Shown piece by piece: positions 51,915 through 61,582 of a DNA stretch of 64,000 bases. Position 1 is the first letter of the stretch, and every line of letters begins with the position of its first letter. A program made the translations under genes and the position numbers. A model generated the notes under the pieces. It searched no databases and was not told the origin of the DNA. It saw only the letters and a list, made by a program, of their open reading frames with translations. This DNA is from an uncultured Candidatus Saccharibacteria bacterium (GTDB lineage Bacteria > Patescibacteriota > Minisyncoccia > UBA6257 > 1-14-0-10-44-23), in contig CAZJVT010000003.1 of assembly GCA_964549935.1 (NCBI GenBank), positions 159,501 through 223,500 of the forward strand. Direction: 5' to 3'.

Positions 51915-54901
51915 GGAGAGGACTCCTCGGCCTCGCTGTAGAACGGCAGGTAGATACGGAAAATTGTACCGACGCCCAGTTGCGTGGCAACCTCGATTGC
52001 ACCCTTCATGGACTTCACGATCTCGTAGACGATCGGCAGGCCGAGGCCGGTCCCCAGGTGGCCCTTGGTCGTGAAGAACTGCTCGAAGATGCGCTTCCGG
52101 ATATCTTCGGCCATGCCCTCTCCGTTGTCCTGGATCGTCATCCGGACATAGCGGCCGGGTGGCGCCGGTGCCACGTCGGGAGCCGGCTGCGGTATCTCGG
52201 TCGCGGTCGTCACGTCCTCGAGCACGACTGAGATGATGCCGCCGGCCTTGGTGGCGTGGTTCGCATTGATCGTCAGGTTGGAAACGATCCTGTTGACCTC
52301 TTCCGGCGAGATCTTCACCCGCGCACCCGGGGGCAGGTCGTTGGTGTACCTGATCTCCCTGTCGATCATCGAGTTCATCTGTACGTCCATGAGGCCCCTG
52401 ACCTCGTTCGCGATGTCGAGGGGTATGCGGGTGGCCATGTCCGCCCTCGACGAGGCCAGCACGCGGTTGGCGACGACGCTCGCCTCTCCGGTGGCCCTGA
52501 GGACGAACCGGTTCCATGCGATGAGATCCGGATCTCCCTTGTCCTTGATCCGGTCGCGGATGAATTCCGAGAAGCTCTGGATCGCCTGGAGCTGGTTGTT
52601 GAATTCGTGCGCGATCATGCCGACCCTGTTTCCAAGGACGATGAAGCGCTCGATCTCCTGCCGCCTTGCGCTGTCCGCGACCTCGGCGGTGATGTCGGTG
52701 CTGGCACCTCGATAGCCCTTGAGCTTTCCCTCTGAAATGAAGGGCGTGCCGTTGGAGCGCACAATCCGCTTCTTGCCGTCGGGAAGAAGGATCGTATGGA
52801 CATGACCGCGAAACGGCTGTCCGTCGCGAAGGGCCTTGAACGTCTTTGCGATCTGTTCCCGGCCGGCACCGCTGGCGAACATCTTCAGGATCGATGCACC
52901 AACGAACAGCGAGGGATCGACGTCGAAGACGTCCCTGACCCTGTCGGCAACCTCGGAGATACGGAAATCGCGATCGATTTCCCAGTGGAAGTCGGTGGCG
53001 CAGGCGGTGATGTCGCGGAACTTGCTCTCGCTCCGCTGCAGCCGGAAATGCGCATAGACGCGTTCGGTGATGTCGATGATCGCCGTCATCGTCGCAGACT
53101 TGCCCAGCCAGTCGATCGGCAGGGACCGGTAGTCGACGCAGATCCTGCGGCCGCCGGCATTCTTCACCCAGCGCTCCTCGCCGGAAACTGGCGCGCTGCC
53201 TTCCCCCAGGTCGCCGAACAGGCTCGGCTCGCTGCCGTCGGGAGACGCGGGCTGCTCGAGGAGTCCGTCGGCGTCGCTGTAGCTCCACAGGTCGCGGAAG
53301 GCGCTGTTGCAGAAAAGGACCTTTCCCTCGAGGTGGATCACCGTCGCCTGAAGCGAGCCGTCGACGATGGTCTTCAGGCTCGCTTCGGATCGCCGGAGCT
53401 TGTCCTCCGCTTCCTTGTCCTTGGTGATGTCGGTGATGAGCGTCGCGATCCCGCCGGAGCGCGTACGCTGGTCGCGGAAGGACAGCAGGCGACCGTCCGG
53501 CATCGAGACCTCTACGGGGTCGTCGTTGCCTTCGCTGCGGCCGCGGCGCCGGCTTTCGCTCCACACCTTGGACTTGCCGGCGGCCTGCCGCCTGAGGGCG
53601 AGGGCGATCTCGGCCGTGCTCCGACCGACGAGGGACCTGCCCCGAAGGGACTCGAACATCTCCAGGTATCGCCCGTTGTGGGCGATGATCCGGTCGTCCG
53701 GCCCCGAGAGGACGAAGCCGTCGCCGAAGCTCTCGATCGCTTCCCGGAGAGCATCCTCTGTCCGTCTGACCGTGGTGACGTCGGTACAGATCGCGGCGCG
53801 CCCGCCCCCTCTGGTGCGCAGGCACCGGACCCCGATCACGCGGCCGTCGACCAGCTTGAGCTCGCGCGAGTAGTTCTGGTCCGAGCGCCAGATCTCGATC
53901 GAGCGCCTGAAGGCGGCGGCATACTCCTCGATATCGGTCGGGGCCTCGTAGACCGCCCCCATGACCTGCTTCAGCATGTCCTCGAAAGCGAGGCCGCGAA
54001 AATCCGTGGCTTGCCTTCCTGGAAAATGGAGGTCGGCATAGCGCGAATTGTAGAGGATGAGACGATCGTTCTCGTCCCACAGCGACAAGGCTTCGCCGAT
54101 ATGCTCGATCGAGTCCGAGAGCATGGACTCGGCGCGCTTCTGCGCGGTGATGTCGAGGCGGATCGTGGCGAGGCCGCCATCCGGCGTGCGACGTTCGTAG
54201 ACGGCCGCCCATTGGCCGTTCGGCCTGCGATAGACATGAGGCTCCGCCGGCGGATTGATCCGGCGCGCGAGGCGGCGGGCGATGAAGGTCTCGGTGTCCT
54301 CGTGAGACCCGCTTTGCGCCAGTCCCGCCCGTATCGAAGCCGCGATGAGGTCGGCCCCCTTGGCGCCGATCGGATTGCCGCCCGAGCGAAAGCTGTCGCT
54401 GTACTCCCTGAGGTAGGTCTGGTTCGCGAGGATCAGCCTGTCGCTCGGATCGAACAGGGTGAATCCGCCCGGGATGCTTTCGATGGCGCCAAGGATCCGT
54501 CGCTCCCGTGCAAAGCGTTCGGTCGTCTCCGACAGGCGGAGAAGCCGCAGGTCCTCGGTCACGATCTCCGACAGGTCGAAAGCCAGATCCCCGAGCCGGA
54601 CGGTCCTCCCGGAGAGGGAATAAGACTCGCCCGCGATCCGCCGCAGGTCATCCAGGCCGCCGTCCCTGTCCATGACGACGATCGATGGCATGGCGACGCC
54701 GGGTTCGATCGAGGAAAGCTCGGGGAAAAGGGAGGCGGCCCTGGGATTCGCGGCCTGGATACGCCATTCGTGATCGACGAGGATGAGGGCATCGTCGGCA
54801 AGCTCGAAGAGCAGCCGGCGCAGATCGCTTCGATCGCCGGACGTATCCGGCTTCTGCCAGGCACGCGGGAAGGCGCTGATATGCTTTCGATCGGCGGTCA
54901 C
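51911..54901 (-). CDS. Soluble multi-PAS sensor histidine kinase
   Basis: Repeated PAS_7-like units (RRTPDGG..TIRLDIT); H-box AHEFNNQL, NLTINANHA, DNGEGM, FFTTK, GTGLGL; no TM segments. Confidence 0.93.
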   Translation of the reverse strand: MTADRKHISAFPRAWQKPDTSGDRSDLRRLLFELADDALILVDHEWRIQAANPRAASLFPELSSIEPGVAMPSIVVMDRDGGLDDLRRIAGESYSLSGRTVRLGDLAFDLSEIVTEDLRLLRLSETTERFARERRILGAIESIPGGFTLFDPSDRLILANQTYLREYSDSFRSGGNPIGAKGADLIAASIRAGLAQSGSHEDTETFIARRLARRINPPAEPHVYRRPNGQWAAVYERRTPDGGLATIRLDITAQKRAESMLSDSIEHIGEALSLWDENDRLILYNSRYADLHFPGRQATDFRGLAFEDMLKQVMGAVYEAPTDIEEYAAAFRRSIEIWRSDQNYSRELKLVDGRVIGVRCLRTRGGGRAAICTDVTTVRRTEDALREAIESFGDGFVLSGPDDRIIAHNGRYLEMFESLRGRSLVGRSTAEIALALRRQAAGKSKVWSESRRRGRSEGNDDPVEVSMPDGRLLSFRDQRTRSGGIATLITDITKDKEAEDKLRRSEASLKTIVDGSLQATVIHLEGKVLFCNSAFRDLWSYSDADGLLEQPASPDGSEPSLFGDLGEGSAPVSGEERWVKNAGGRRICVDYRSLPIDWLGKSATMTAIIDITERVYAHFRLQRSESKFRDITACATDFHWEIDRDFRISEVADRVRDVFDVDPSLFVGASILKMFASGAGREQIAKTFKALRDGQPFRGHVHTILLPDGKKRIVRSNGTPFISEGKLKGYRGASTDITAEVADSARRQEIERFIVLGNRVGMIAHEFNNQLQAIQSFSEFIRDRIKDKGDPDLIAWNRFVLRATGEASVVANRVLASSRADMATRIPLDIANEVRGLMDVQMNSMIDREIRYTNDLPPGARVKISPEEVNRIVSNLTINANHATKAGGIISVVLEDVTTATEIPQPAPDVAPAPPGRYVRMTIQDNGEGMAEDIRKRIFEQFFTTKGHLGTGLGLPIVYEIVKSMKGAIEVATQLGVGTIFRIYLPFYSEAEESSP

Positions 54902-54988
54902 CGGGGGATCATTCCCTCAATTACCGCGGGTTGCAAACTTTCCATGTAGTTAGAGGTTGTTGCTGGCATCGCGGACGGCGGCCGGGGT

Positions 54989-55678
54989 CTAGACCGCGAT
55001 CTCCCTGATCCGATGCCCTTCGCGCCTCGGCAGCACGCGTTCGCCGGTGCGGACGCGGCGCGTCCGGAACATGTCGCGGCGATGCGGATTGTTGTGGAGC
55101 CAGAGGCGGGCATAGTAGGCGACGAAGTTGTTGTTGACCTTGAAGCCGCGGCCGCCGCGGGTCACGACATCGCACTCCCACCGGATCCGGTGCATGACCT
55201 GGTCCGCGGAGATCCGCTCAAGACCCCGGTCGATGACCTCTCGCATGAAGGTCGTGAAGAGTTCGTAAATGGCCGGGTTCTCCTCATGGAAAGCCCAGAA
55301 GGCACGTTCGAGGTCCGTCACGTTGCCCGGAAGGGGGCAGGGCCCTGCCCCTTCGGTCGCGCCAACCGGTTCCAGGAGAGGATCCGGCGCTCCGGCTCCA
55401 GCCTCCATTCCCGCTGCGGGCGGCGTCACATCCATGTCGGCGTCGGACGTCGCCGTCGCCGCGCGATCCTCGAAAGCGCGTCGAAGGACTGGCCCGAGGA
55501 CCGGACGTTCCATCCGCACGGGAAATTCGTTGGAGCCGTGGGCCGGCGGAGCCGGGGCGGGTGCCGGCGCGGCTGGGCCTCGATCTTCGCCAGGCGGCCT
55601 TAACGCCTGAAGACCCTCGCCCTCGAGGGCATGGCGAGGGGGCCGGGTATCGCGATCGAGGGGGATGGCAGTGGTCAT
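54989..55678 (-). CDS. Hypothetical protein, disordered N-terminus with a conserved-looking C-terminal domain
   Basis: FWAFHEENPAIYELF...IRWE...FKVNNNFVAYYARL...FRTR. Confidence 0.65.
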   Translation of the reverse strand: MTTAIPLDRDTRPPRHALEGEGLQALRPPGEDRGPAAPAPAPAPPAHGSNEFPVRMERPVLGPVLRRAFEDRAATATSDADMDVTPPAAGMEAGAGAPDPLLEPVGATEGAGPCPLPGNVTDLERAFWAFHEENPAIYELFTTFMREVIDRGLERISADQVMHRIRWECDVVTRGGRGFKVNNNFVAYYARLWLHNNPHRRDMFRTRRVRTGERVLPRREGHRIREIAV

Positions 55679-55788
55679 GCGCGGTCCGTCGTCCAGGAAT
55701 ATAAAAGCATATACTATATGCGATAGACGAGAAACCGCTTTGTGCTTTCTCTTCCATTTGCTCTAGTGGGGGGAGGAGGTGCATCCAC

Positions 55789-56103
55789 ATGAACGCTGTC
55801 AGAACCAGTCATTCCCAGGCTGCCGGCAAGATCGTGCCGGTCGCGGTCACCGGCTTCGCGCAGGTTGCCGCTGCGCTTGCTTCCGCGAGCGGAAACGAGA
55901 CTATTGCGGCTCGCCTGGCCTACATCACGGAGTTCGAGAAGGACGGGGCGAAGGCTCTCGTGACCTCGTTCGGTTTCGAAGGCGGCGAGTCGGCGACCTT
56001 CGCCTGGCCTGACCGCCAGACTTTCGAGAACTTCCTCGGGTCACCGGAATTCACGGGCCGACCGGCTTCGGTATCCGCCCCCGGCCAGGCCGCCAGGACC
56101 TGA
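55789..56103 (+). CDS. Hypothetical protein
   Basis: GGAGGAGG RBS; first gene of a tight three-gene run. Confidence 0.65.
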   Translation: MNAVRTSHSQAAGKIVPVAVTGFAQVAAALASASGNETIAARLAYITEFEKDGAKALVTSFGFEGGESATFAWPDRQTFENFLGSPEFTGRPASVSAPGQAART

Positions 56104-56106
56104 GCC

Positions 56107-56706
56107 ATGGCCATCGAGCGACCGCACATCTGGCAGCTGCAGCGGGACACCGTCATCACGAACCTGCTGAACGTCAACGTCCGGCCGGACCTGCTCGTAG
56201 CGCTCTATCCCGACTACAAGCGCGGACCGAAGCCGCTCCCTCCGCCGGACCATGCTCCCATCGTCTGGGATACGGTGCGGAGCCTCGGTGCCAAGATCGA
56301 GATCCCCGATCCCTTCCTCTCCGCGGCCTTCCGCCAGGACATCACCGCCCGCTGGCTTCGTTCGGTCGAGGCGGCGATGGAAGCGCGCATGCCGGTGCCT
56401 CCGGCGATCATCAAGGAAGCCGCCGGCGCCTCGCCTTCGATCCGCAACATGCAGACCCAGAAGATCGCCAGGGAGCTCCAGGGGGCCGTCGAGGACCTCG
56501 GTTCCAGCATGAAGGCGATGGACACCGACGCTTTGGCGGAAGACCTCACGCGGATTCGCTCCAAGCTCGCGTCGCTTGCCGACATCGCAACGCCCGAGAT
56601 GAGCCGCGGCATCAAGGAAGTCATCGAGCTCGTCGACCAGTCGGCGAAGAAGCATGGCATCCGCCTCGAGCAGGGCGGCGGCCGCGGCCCTTCACCGGGC
56701 TTCTGA
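56107..56706 (+). CDS. Hypothetical protein
   Basis: 3 nt after the previous stop; helical composition. Confidence 0.65.
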   Translation: MAIERPHIWQLQRDTVITNLLNVNVRPDLLVALYPDYKRGPKPLPPPDHAPIVWDTVRSLGAKIEIPDPFLSAAFRQDITARWLRSVEAAMEARMPVPPAIIKEAAGASPSIRNMQTQKIARELQGAVEDLGSSMKAMDTDALAEDLTRIRSKLASLADIATPEMSRGIKEVIELVDQSAKKHGIRLEQGGGRGPSPGF

Positions 56707-56715
56707 GGCCGTAAA

Positions 56716-57225
56716 GTGTCGACGAAGCTCCCGCAATTCGCGCTGCAGCTCAGCGTGTGGCATCTGGGCGAGGAGGCGATCAGGCAGATCGCCTCCGATG
56801 CCCCGGAAGCCGATCCGACCTTCCCCTGGTCCTTCGACGGCACCGGCGACGAACAAAAGATCGGCCGCATCGTCGATCTCATGGCGAAGGGCCTCTATGT
56901 CAAGGCGGCCAGCCTCCACCTGCCTGACATGCCGCTCTCGGAGGCCCTGGGCTTCGCCTACATGGCGACGATGAGCATCCAGGCGCCCTGGTACGGGCCG
57001 TCGCGGCAGTCGAAGGGCTACATCGTCGAGCCCAGCGGCTGGTCGAACAGGAACACCTCGATCGGCGACGTCATCATGGCGTCGGACCGTATGGTCCATG
57101 CCTGCTGCTCGACCGGGTGGCGAGACGTCGGTCCGGCGCCCGAGATCATGCTGGATCTGGATTCCGCGGTCGGCATCGATGTCGCGCGCGCCGGGAAATC
57201 CCTACTGGCGGGAATGTCGCCCTAG
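56716..57225 (+). CDS. Hypothetical protein
   Basis: GAGG RBS before GTG; RNTSIGDVI motif. Confidence 0.6.
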   Translation: MSTKLPQFALQLSVWHLGEEAIRQIASDAPEADPTFPWSFDGTGDEQKIGRIVDLMAKGLYVKAASLHLPDMPLSEALGFAYMATMSIQAPWYGPSRQSKGYIVEPSGWSNRNTSIGDVIMASDRMVHACCSTGWRDVGPAPEIMLDLDSAVGIDVARAGKSLLAGMSP

Positions 57226-58550
57226 CTCGGCATCTTCGTATTGAAGAGCGTCGCACCTGACAGCAGCGCGCCCTGCAGGCTGGCCGCCGTCAGGTCGCTG
57301 AAGCTGAGGTCGGCGCGTGTCAGGTCGGCGCCACGAAGGTCCGCGCCAACGAGGTTGGCGTAGCGGAGCTTGGCGCCGACGAGCCTCGCCGGAAGCGTCT
57401 TGTTGCCCTGAAGCGGCAAGGGCGAAAGCATCGCCGAGCTCAGGTCGGCATGGTCGAGGCGCGCATTGGTGAGATTGATGCCTCGACAATCGGCCCCGCG
57501 CAGCGCGAGCTCCCGCGCGTCGACGTTGGCGAAGGTCGCCGCCTGGAGCTGCGACCCGGAAAAGTCGATCTTGTAGAGATTGGCGCCCTCCGCCTTGATC
57601 GCGACCAGGACCCTTTCCTTGAACGGGCCTTCCGCCCTGAGATCGAATCCGGTGAGATCGAGCGCGCTCCCCTGGGATCCCCGGGAGGAGACGAATAGCT
57701 CATGGGCTTCGACGAGTTGGGCGAGCGGCTTGCCGAGCTCGGAGATCTTCCGGCCCGTCGCGCTGTCCGTCAGGGCACCGGACATGTTGGCATTGTCGAG
57801 GTGCGCGATCTTGAGATCGACGCCTACCAGGATCGCGTCCTTGAGAACCGCTCCTCGCAGATCGGCGTTTGCGACCTTGGCTCCCTCGAGGTTGGCGCGC
57901 GTCAGGTCCGCGCCCTTCAGGTTGGCGCGCGTCAGGTCCGCGCCTTTCAGGTTGGCGTCGGTGAAATCGGTGTGAGAGACGACGGAGCCGCCCAGCTTCG
58001 CGCCGCTCAGGTCGCTCTTGGCGAAGTTCGCGGCGGTGCCATCGTCCTTGTCGTCCATGCTGCGAACCTGGATGTCGCGTCCCTGGGTGCGGTCGGCGAC
58101 GGCGCCGTCCCGGAGGTCGGCGCCCATGAGCTTCGCGTTCTGGAGATTGGCTCCGCGGAGCCGCGAGCCGCGGAGATCGGATTTCGACAGATTGGCGCCG
58201 ACGAACGACGCACGCCTGAGGTCGCAGGCGAAGAGGGTCGCTCCCTCCAGCGAGCAGCCATCGAGGACCGCCCCCTCGAGCGAGGCGCTCGAGAACGTCG
58301 CCTGGTTCAGGTTGCGCCCGGTGAGAACCAGGCCGCGAAGGTTCGCATTGGTGAAGTCGGCGCGGATGCCGCCGGGGATGCCGTTCAGGAACATCTCGTG
58401 GCGAAGGACGATGTTGTTCACGTCCGACTGGCTGAGATCGACTCGGGCGAAGCCTGCGGGCCTGCCGGCGCCGTTCGACTGCACGGACCCCACGGGACCG
58501 AGACGCGGCGACTCGCTCGTCGGCTGCGGGAATACCAGGGCGCTGCTCAT
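57222..58550 (-). CDS. Pentapeptide repeat protein (two repeat blocks)
   Basis: Extensive A(D/N)L-x-x repeats; two HExF..G capping segments; AGAGG RBS. Confidence 0.93.
   Translation of the reverse strand: MSSALVFPQPTSESPRLGPVGSVQSNGAGRPAGFARVDLSQSDVNNIVLRHEMFLNGIPGGIRADFTNANLRGLVLTGRNLNQATFSSASLEGAVLDGCSLEGATLFACDLRRASFVGANLSKSDLRGSRLRGANLQNAKLMGADLRDGAVADRTQGRDIQVRSMDDKDDGTAANFAKSDLSGAKLGGSVVSHTDFTDANLKGADLTRANLKGADLTRANLEGAKVANADLRGAVLKDAILVGVDLKIAHLDNANMSGALTDSATGRKISELGKPLAQLVEAHELFVSSRGSQGSALDLTGFDLRAEGPFKERVLVAIKAEGANLYKIDFSGSQLQAATFANVDARELALRGADCRGINLTNARLDHADLSSAMLSPLPLQGNKTLPARLVGAKLRYANLVGADLRGADLTRADLSFSDLTAASLQGALLSGATLFNTKMPS
57889..57957. repeat. 30-bp tandem duplication inside the pentapeptide gene
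   Basis: AGGTTGGCGCGCGTCAGGTCCGCGCCYTTC twice plus a partial copy (encodes ANLKGADLTR). Confidence 0.85.
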
Positions 58551-58578
58551 GGAGTGCTTCCTCTCTGCTGACCTGATG

Positions 58579-59415
58579 TCACGGGCCCGGCGTCCCGCCT
58601 GCATCGCTTTCGGGCTTCTTGCCGTCGGCGACCTTGTCCCACAGCGGATTCTTGATCTCCGACCGGACATGGTTCCTATGCGCTTCCGTCTCGGCGGGAT
58701 CGAACTTGAAGACCCGTGCCGGACGGATGCCGGCGGCCCCGGTCTTCGCAGGGGCGCCGGCGGGACCGTCGACGCGGCCGTCTGCGGCGACCGGTCCCGT
58801 GGTTGCGCTTCCTTGCTGGGCATCGCCCGATTTCACCGCCGAAATTCCGAAGAGATCCCTCGGATCGGCACCAGCCAGGCAGGCGAAGACCTGCGCGAGG
58901 ATCTGGGCGTCGATCAGGCCGCCGTGCAGCGTCCGCCCTTCGGTCGAGACTCCATATCGCCTTGCGACCCGAGAGAGGTTCACCTGGGTTCCGGGGAACT
59001 TTTCCTTCACCATCGGGATCGTGTCATGGACCCGTTCGTGCGCGATTCCGGGCCTGCCGATACGTGCGAGCTCCTCGTCGAGGAAGCCGACGTCGAAGGG
59101 CGCGTTGTGGATGACGAGCCTGGCATCGCCGAGGAAATCGACGAACCCGGAGGCGACCTCCTGAAACCGCGGGAAGTTGAGAAGGAACTGCCTCGAGAGG
59201 CCGTGGACCTGAAACGCCTCCCTGGGGACCGCTCGATCGGGGTTGATGTAGGTGTGGTAGGTGCGCCCCGTGATCTTGCCGTCGATGAGCTCGACGCCGC
59301 CGATCTCGATCACGCGATCGTTCTTCGGATCGAGTCCGGTCGTCTCGGTATCGAGCGCGACAAACCGTCCCGAAAGGGAGATGTCGAGCGCCGATGGGCG
59401 GCCGTTGCCGCTCAC
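58579..59415 (-). CDS. dnaQ: DNA polymerase III epsilon subunit (DEDDh exonuclease)
   Basis: LDTETTGL, DRVIEIG, YINP, VHGL, IHNAPFDVGFL, LHGGLIDAQILA, C-terminal EAHR segment. Confidence 0.93.
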   Translation of the reverse strand: MSGNGRPSALDISLSGRFVALDTETTGLDPKNDRVIEIGGVELIDGKITGRTYHTYINPDRAVPREAFQVHGLSRQFLLNFPRFQEVASGFVDFLGDARLVIHNAPFDVGFLDEELARIGRPGIAHERVHDTIPMVKEKFPGTQVNLSRVARRYGVSTEGRTLHGGLIDAQILAQVFACLAGADPRDLFGISAVKSGDAQQGSATTGPVAADGRVDGPAGAPAKTGAAGIRPARVFKFDPAETEAHRNHVRSEIKNPLWDKVADGKKPESDAGGTPGP

Positions 59416-60845
59416 GACCGATGATCCTCGGGAAAGAAGCGCACGACGATGCGGCCGGGAGCGCCCATCCATCTCGGGTCCGGATCCTCGATCCACAGCG
59501 GCATCGTCATGACACCGAAATCCGTGACGGCCAAAACCCGAAGGACGAACTCCTCGCTGGATGACGGCCTGGACTGGCTGCCGAGAAGGAAGCTGCGGCC
59601 GCCGATGATCACCCGCTGCGAACCGATGGGCGAGGACGCCTCGCCCCCGATGCCGGCGTAGCCGTTCCAGTCCGGATCGCGGGTGCCGCCGGGCAGCCTG
59701 CCGAGACCGCGATCGCCATGGCGGAGCGCGGCCGAGATGTCGACGAAGCTCGAGCTGCCGCCGCCGCCACCACCGCCGCCGACCCTGCAGTCTCCAGGGC
59801 CGTCGCGAGTGGTTTCGCAGGCGATCAGGCCGGCGCTTCCCCCGCCCGCGCCAGCAAGACCGGAGCCGCCGGGTCCGCCATGGCCGATCGGAGCCAGGTT
59901 GAAGGCAAGCCGGTCGACCTGCGGACGGATCGCGGATCGGATCCCCGCGAAGGTTGGGTTGTCGTCGATCGAGGCGAAGGTCCTGACGATCCGCCAGGGA
60001 ACGCCGCCGCGGCCGCCGCAGAAATTGGTCCCGCGCTCGCCTGCCTCGCCTTGCTCGAACTCGCCTTCCGGGTTCGGGTATCCGCCACGGCCTGGATTGT
60101 TGCCGCGCGACGCAGCGCCGCCCTGTCCGGCGAGAGGACCGCTTCCGTTGCGCCCGGGCTCGCCGATGTTTCCCGGGGACGGCGCGGCGCGCGTCGAGAT
60201 CGCGTCAGGCGAGGGCGGCAGGATGTCGTTGCCGCCTGCCGCTCCGCCATCGCCGCCGTCGGTGACGGTGCCGGCCGCTCCGCCGGCGCCGCCGCTTCCG
60301 GCCGTGGCGACGTTCCTGCCTGCGATCGAGAGGAAGGTCTCGCCGCCGCCTTGCATGAGGCTCCCGCCGCAGCCGGCGACGATGGCGATCTCGTCGCCCG
60401 CACGAACCAGGTGCCTGAAGAACAGGAACTCGCCGCCGCCGCCGCGGCCGCCGCGTGCGAGATAGCTTGGATGGCCGGCGCCGGCGCCAGCCCCCCAGAG
60501 CTTGGCTTCCATCCAGCCGCAACCCGGCGGAACGACAAGCCGCCGGCTGTCGGGACCGTCTACGACGATGGCTCCGGACGGACACCCGTCGGCGCTACGG
60601 AAGGGTTGGCCGCCGGTACCGGTAGCAGGCGGCAGGGCAGGGGATGCAGGTGTGGCCGCGGGTCTCGCCGCGTCGGTCGCCGTCGATGACTTCGGCGCCG
60701 GCGGCGCGGGCTGCGGCACCCAGATCTGCTGGCCCTGCGCACCGGATCCTGCAAGGAGCAGGAAGCCGCAGAAGAGAAGCGAGCCGAGGCGCGAAGCGTA
60801 GATCACCGATGCCTCAGGAGATGAGGCCGGCGACGTCCGCCGCAT
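59412..60845 (-). CDS. Exported glycine-rich domain protein
   Basis: Signal-like N-terminus; VPPG..LWGAGAGAG...GGGGG, IVAGCGG, terminal GRIVVRF pattern of glycine-rich domains. Confidence 0.65.
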   Translation of the reverse strand: MRRTSPASSPEASVIYASRLGSLLFCGFLLLAGSGAQGQQIWVPQPAPPAPKSSTATDAARPAATPASPALPPATGTGGQPFRSADGCPSGAIVVDGPDSRRLVVPPGCGWMEAKLWGAGAGAGHPSYLARGGRGGGGEFLFFRHLVRAGDEIAIVAGCGGSLMQGGGETFLSIAGRNVATAGSGGAGGAAGTVTDGGDGGAAGGNDILPPSPDAISTRAAPSPGNIGEPGRNGSGPLAGQGGAASRGNNPGRGGYPNPEGEFEQGEAGERGTNFCGGRGGVPWRIVRTFASIDDNPTFAGIRSAIRPQVDRLAFNLAPIGHGGPGGSGLAGAGGGSAGLIACETTRDGPGDCRVGGGGGGGGSSSFVDISAALRHGDRGLGRLPGGTRDPDWNGYAGIGGEASSPIGSQRVIIGGRSFLLGSQSRPSSSEEFVLRVLAVTDFGVMTMPLWIEDPDPRWMGAPGRIVVRFFPEDHRS

Positions 60846-61560
60846 GAGCGATCAGCGCTGCGATGCCAAGGAATGGCGCGAGCCGAAGTCTCCAGGACGA
60901 GCGTTCGTCCGCCTTCAGCATGAAGAAGGGAGCGAGCGCGAGGGCGGAAGCGACCGAGACGGCGATCAGCACCGGCGCCATGCCCAGCAGGGCGCCCATC
61001 CCGAGAACCATCTTGGCGTCTCCGCCGCCGATGAGATCGCGCATGGAGATCTCCTCGCCGAGCCTTTGGCGCGCCATCGCCAGGAAGAAAGCCGACCCCT
61101 CGACCGTGAGCCATCCAACGGCAGCGCCGAGGATCGCATCGCTCGGGAAGAGGGGCCAGAAGGCGTCGAGCCACGGAACGGCGACCGGCGCCAGGAGGCC
61201 GAGCCAGAGAAGGGAGCCGGTCAATGCCGGAGGAAGCTGTCCGGTCCTTGCGTCGGCGATCATGAGCATGGCGACGAGCGCGAAGGCGGCGGCATGGACG
61301 GCGCCGACGACCGTAGCTCCATGGATCATCACCGGCATCGCCACGATCGCGGAGAGCATGAGCCTGAGGGCGAGGTCCTCGCCGAGGCCCGATCGCACGC
61401 AGGCTCGGACGACGTCACCGATCTCGTGGCCCTCGATATGACGGTCGCGCTCGATGCAGTCGGCGAGGGTCGAGCTCAGCCTGATCGAGCCGGGGCAGGC
61501 AACGAAGGCCAGGGCACCGGCGGCGGCGGCGGCGCCGAGGGTCTGGAGGATCATTGTCAT
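60814..61560 (-). CDS. A24 prepilin peptidase
   Basis: Polytopic membrane protein; IADART (Asp1), IGGGDAK (GxGD Asp2), LAPFL. Confidence 0.88.
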   Translation of the reverse strand: MTMILQTLGAAAAAGALAFVACPGSIRLSSTLADCIERDRHIEGHEIGDVVRACVRSGLGEDLALRLMLSAIVAMPVMIHGATVVGAVHAAAFALVAMLMIADARTGQLPPALTGSLLWLGLLAPVAVPWLDAFWPLFPSDAILGAAVGWLTVEGSAFFLAMARQRLGEEISMRDLIGGGDAKMVLGMGALLGMAPVLIAVSVASALALAPFFMLKADERSSWRLRLAPFLGIAALIAHAADVAGLIS

Positions 61561-61582
61561 GATGCTTGCGGCCGTGCCGTAG

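Noticed and set aside
51531-54212. 893-aa ORF ending in a receiver domain
   Set aside because: Only the last 127 aa (from ATG 51914) are protein-like; the rest overlaps the kinase out of frame
57889-57957. 30-bp tandem repeat as a non-coding array
   Set aside because: In-frame duplication of two pentapeptide units within a CDS
57222-58550. Qnr quinolone-resistance gene
   Set aside because: About twice Qnr length with a two-block architecture; pentapeptide repeats alone do not imply resistance
40403-59415. Chromosomal core region (recJ, dnaQ, topoisomerase)
   Set aside because: Usual chromosomal neighbours are absent, and the genes are interspersed with par, LPD7, pilus and orphan ORFs typical of large mobile replicons
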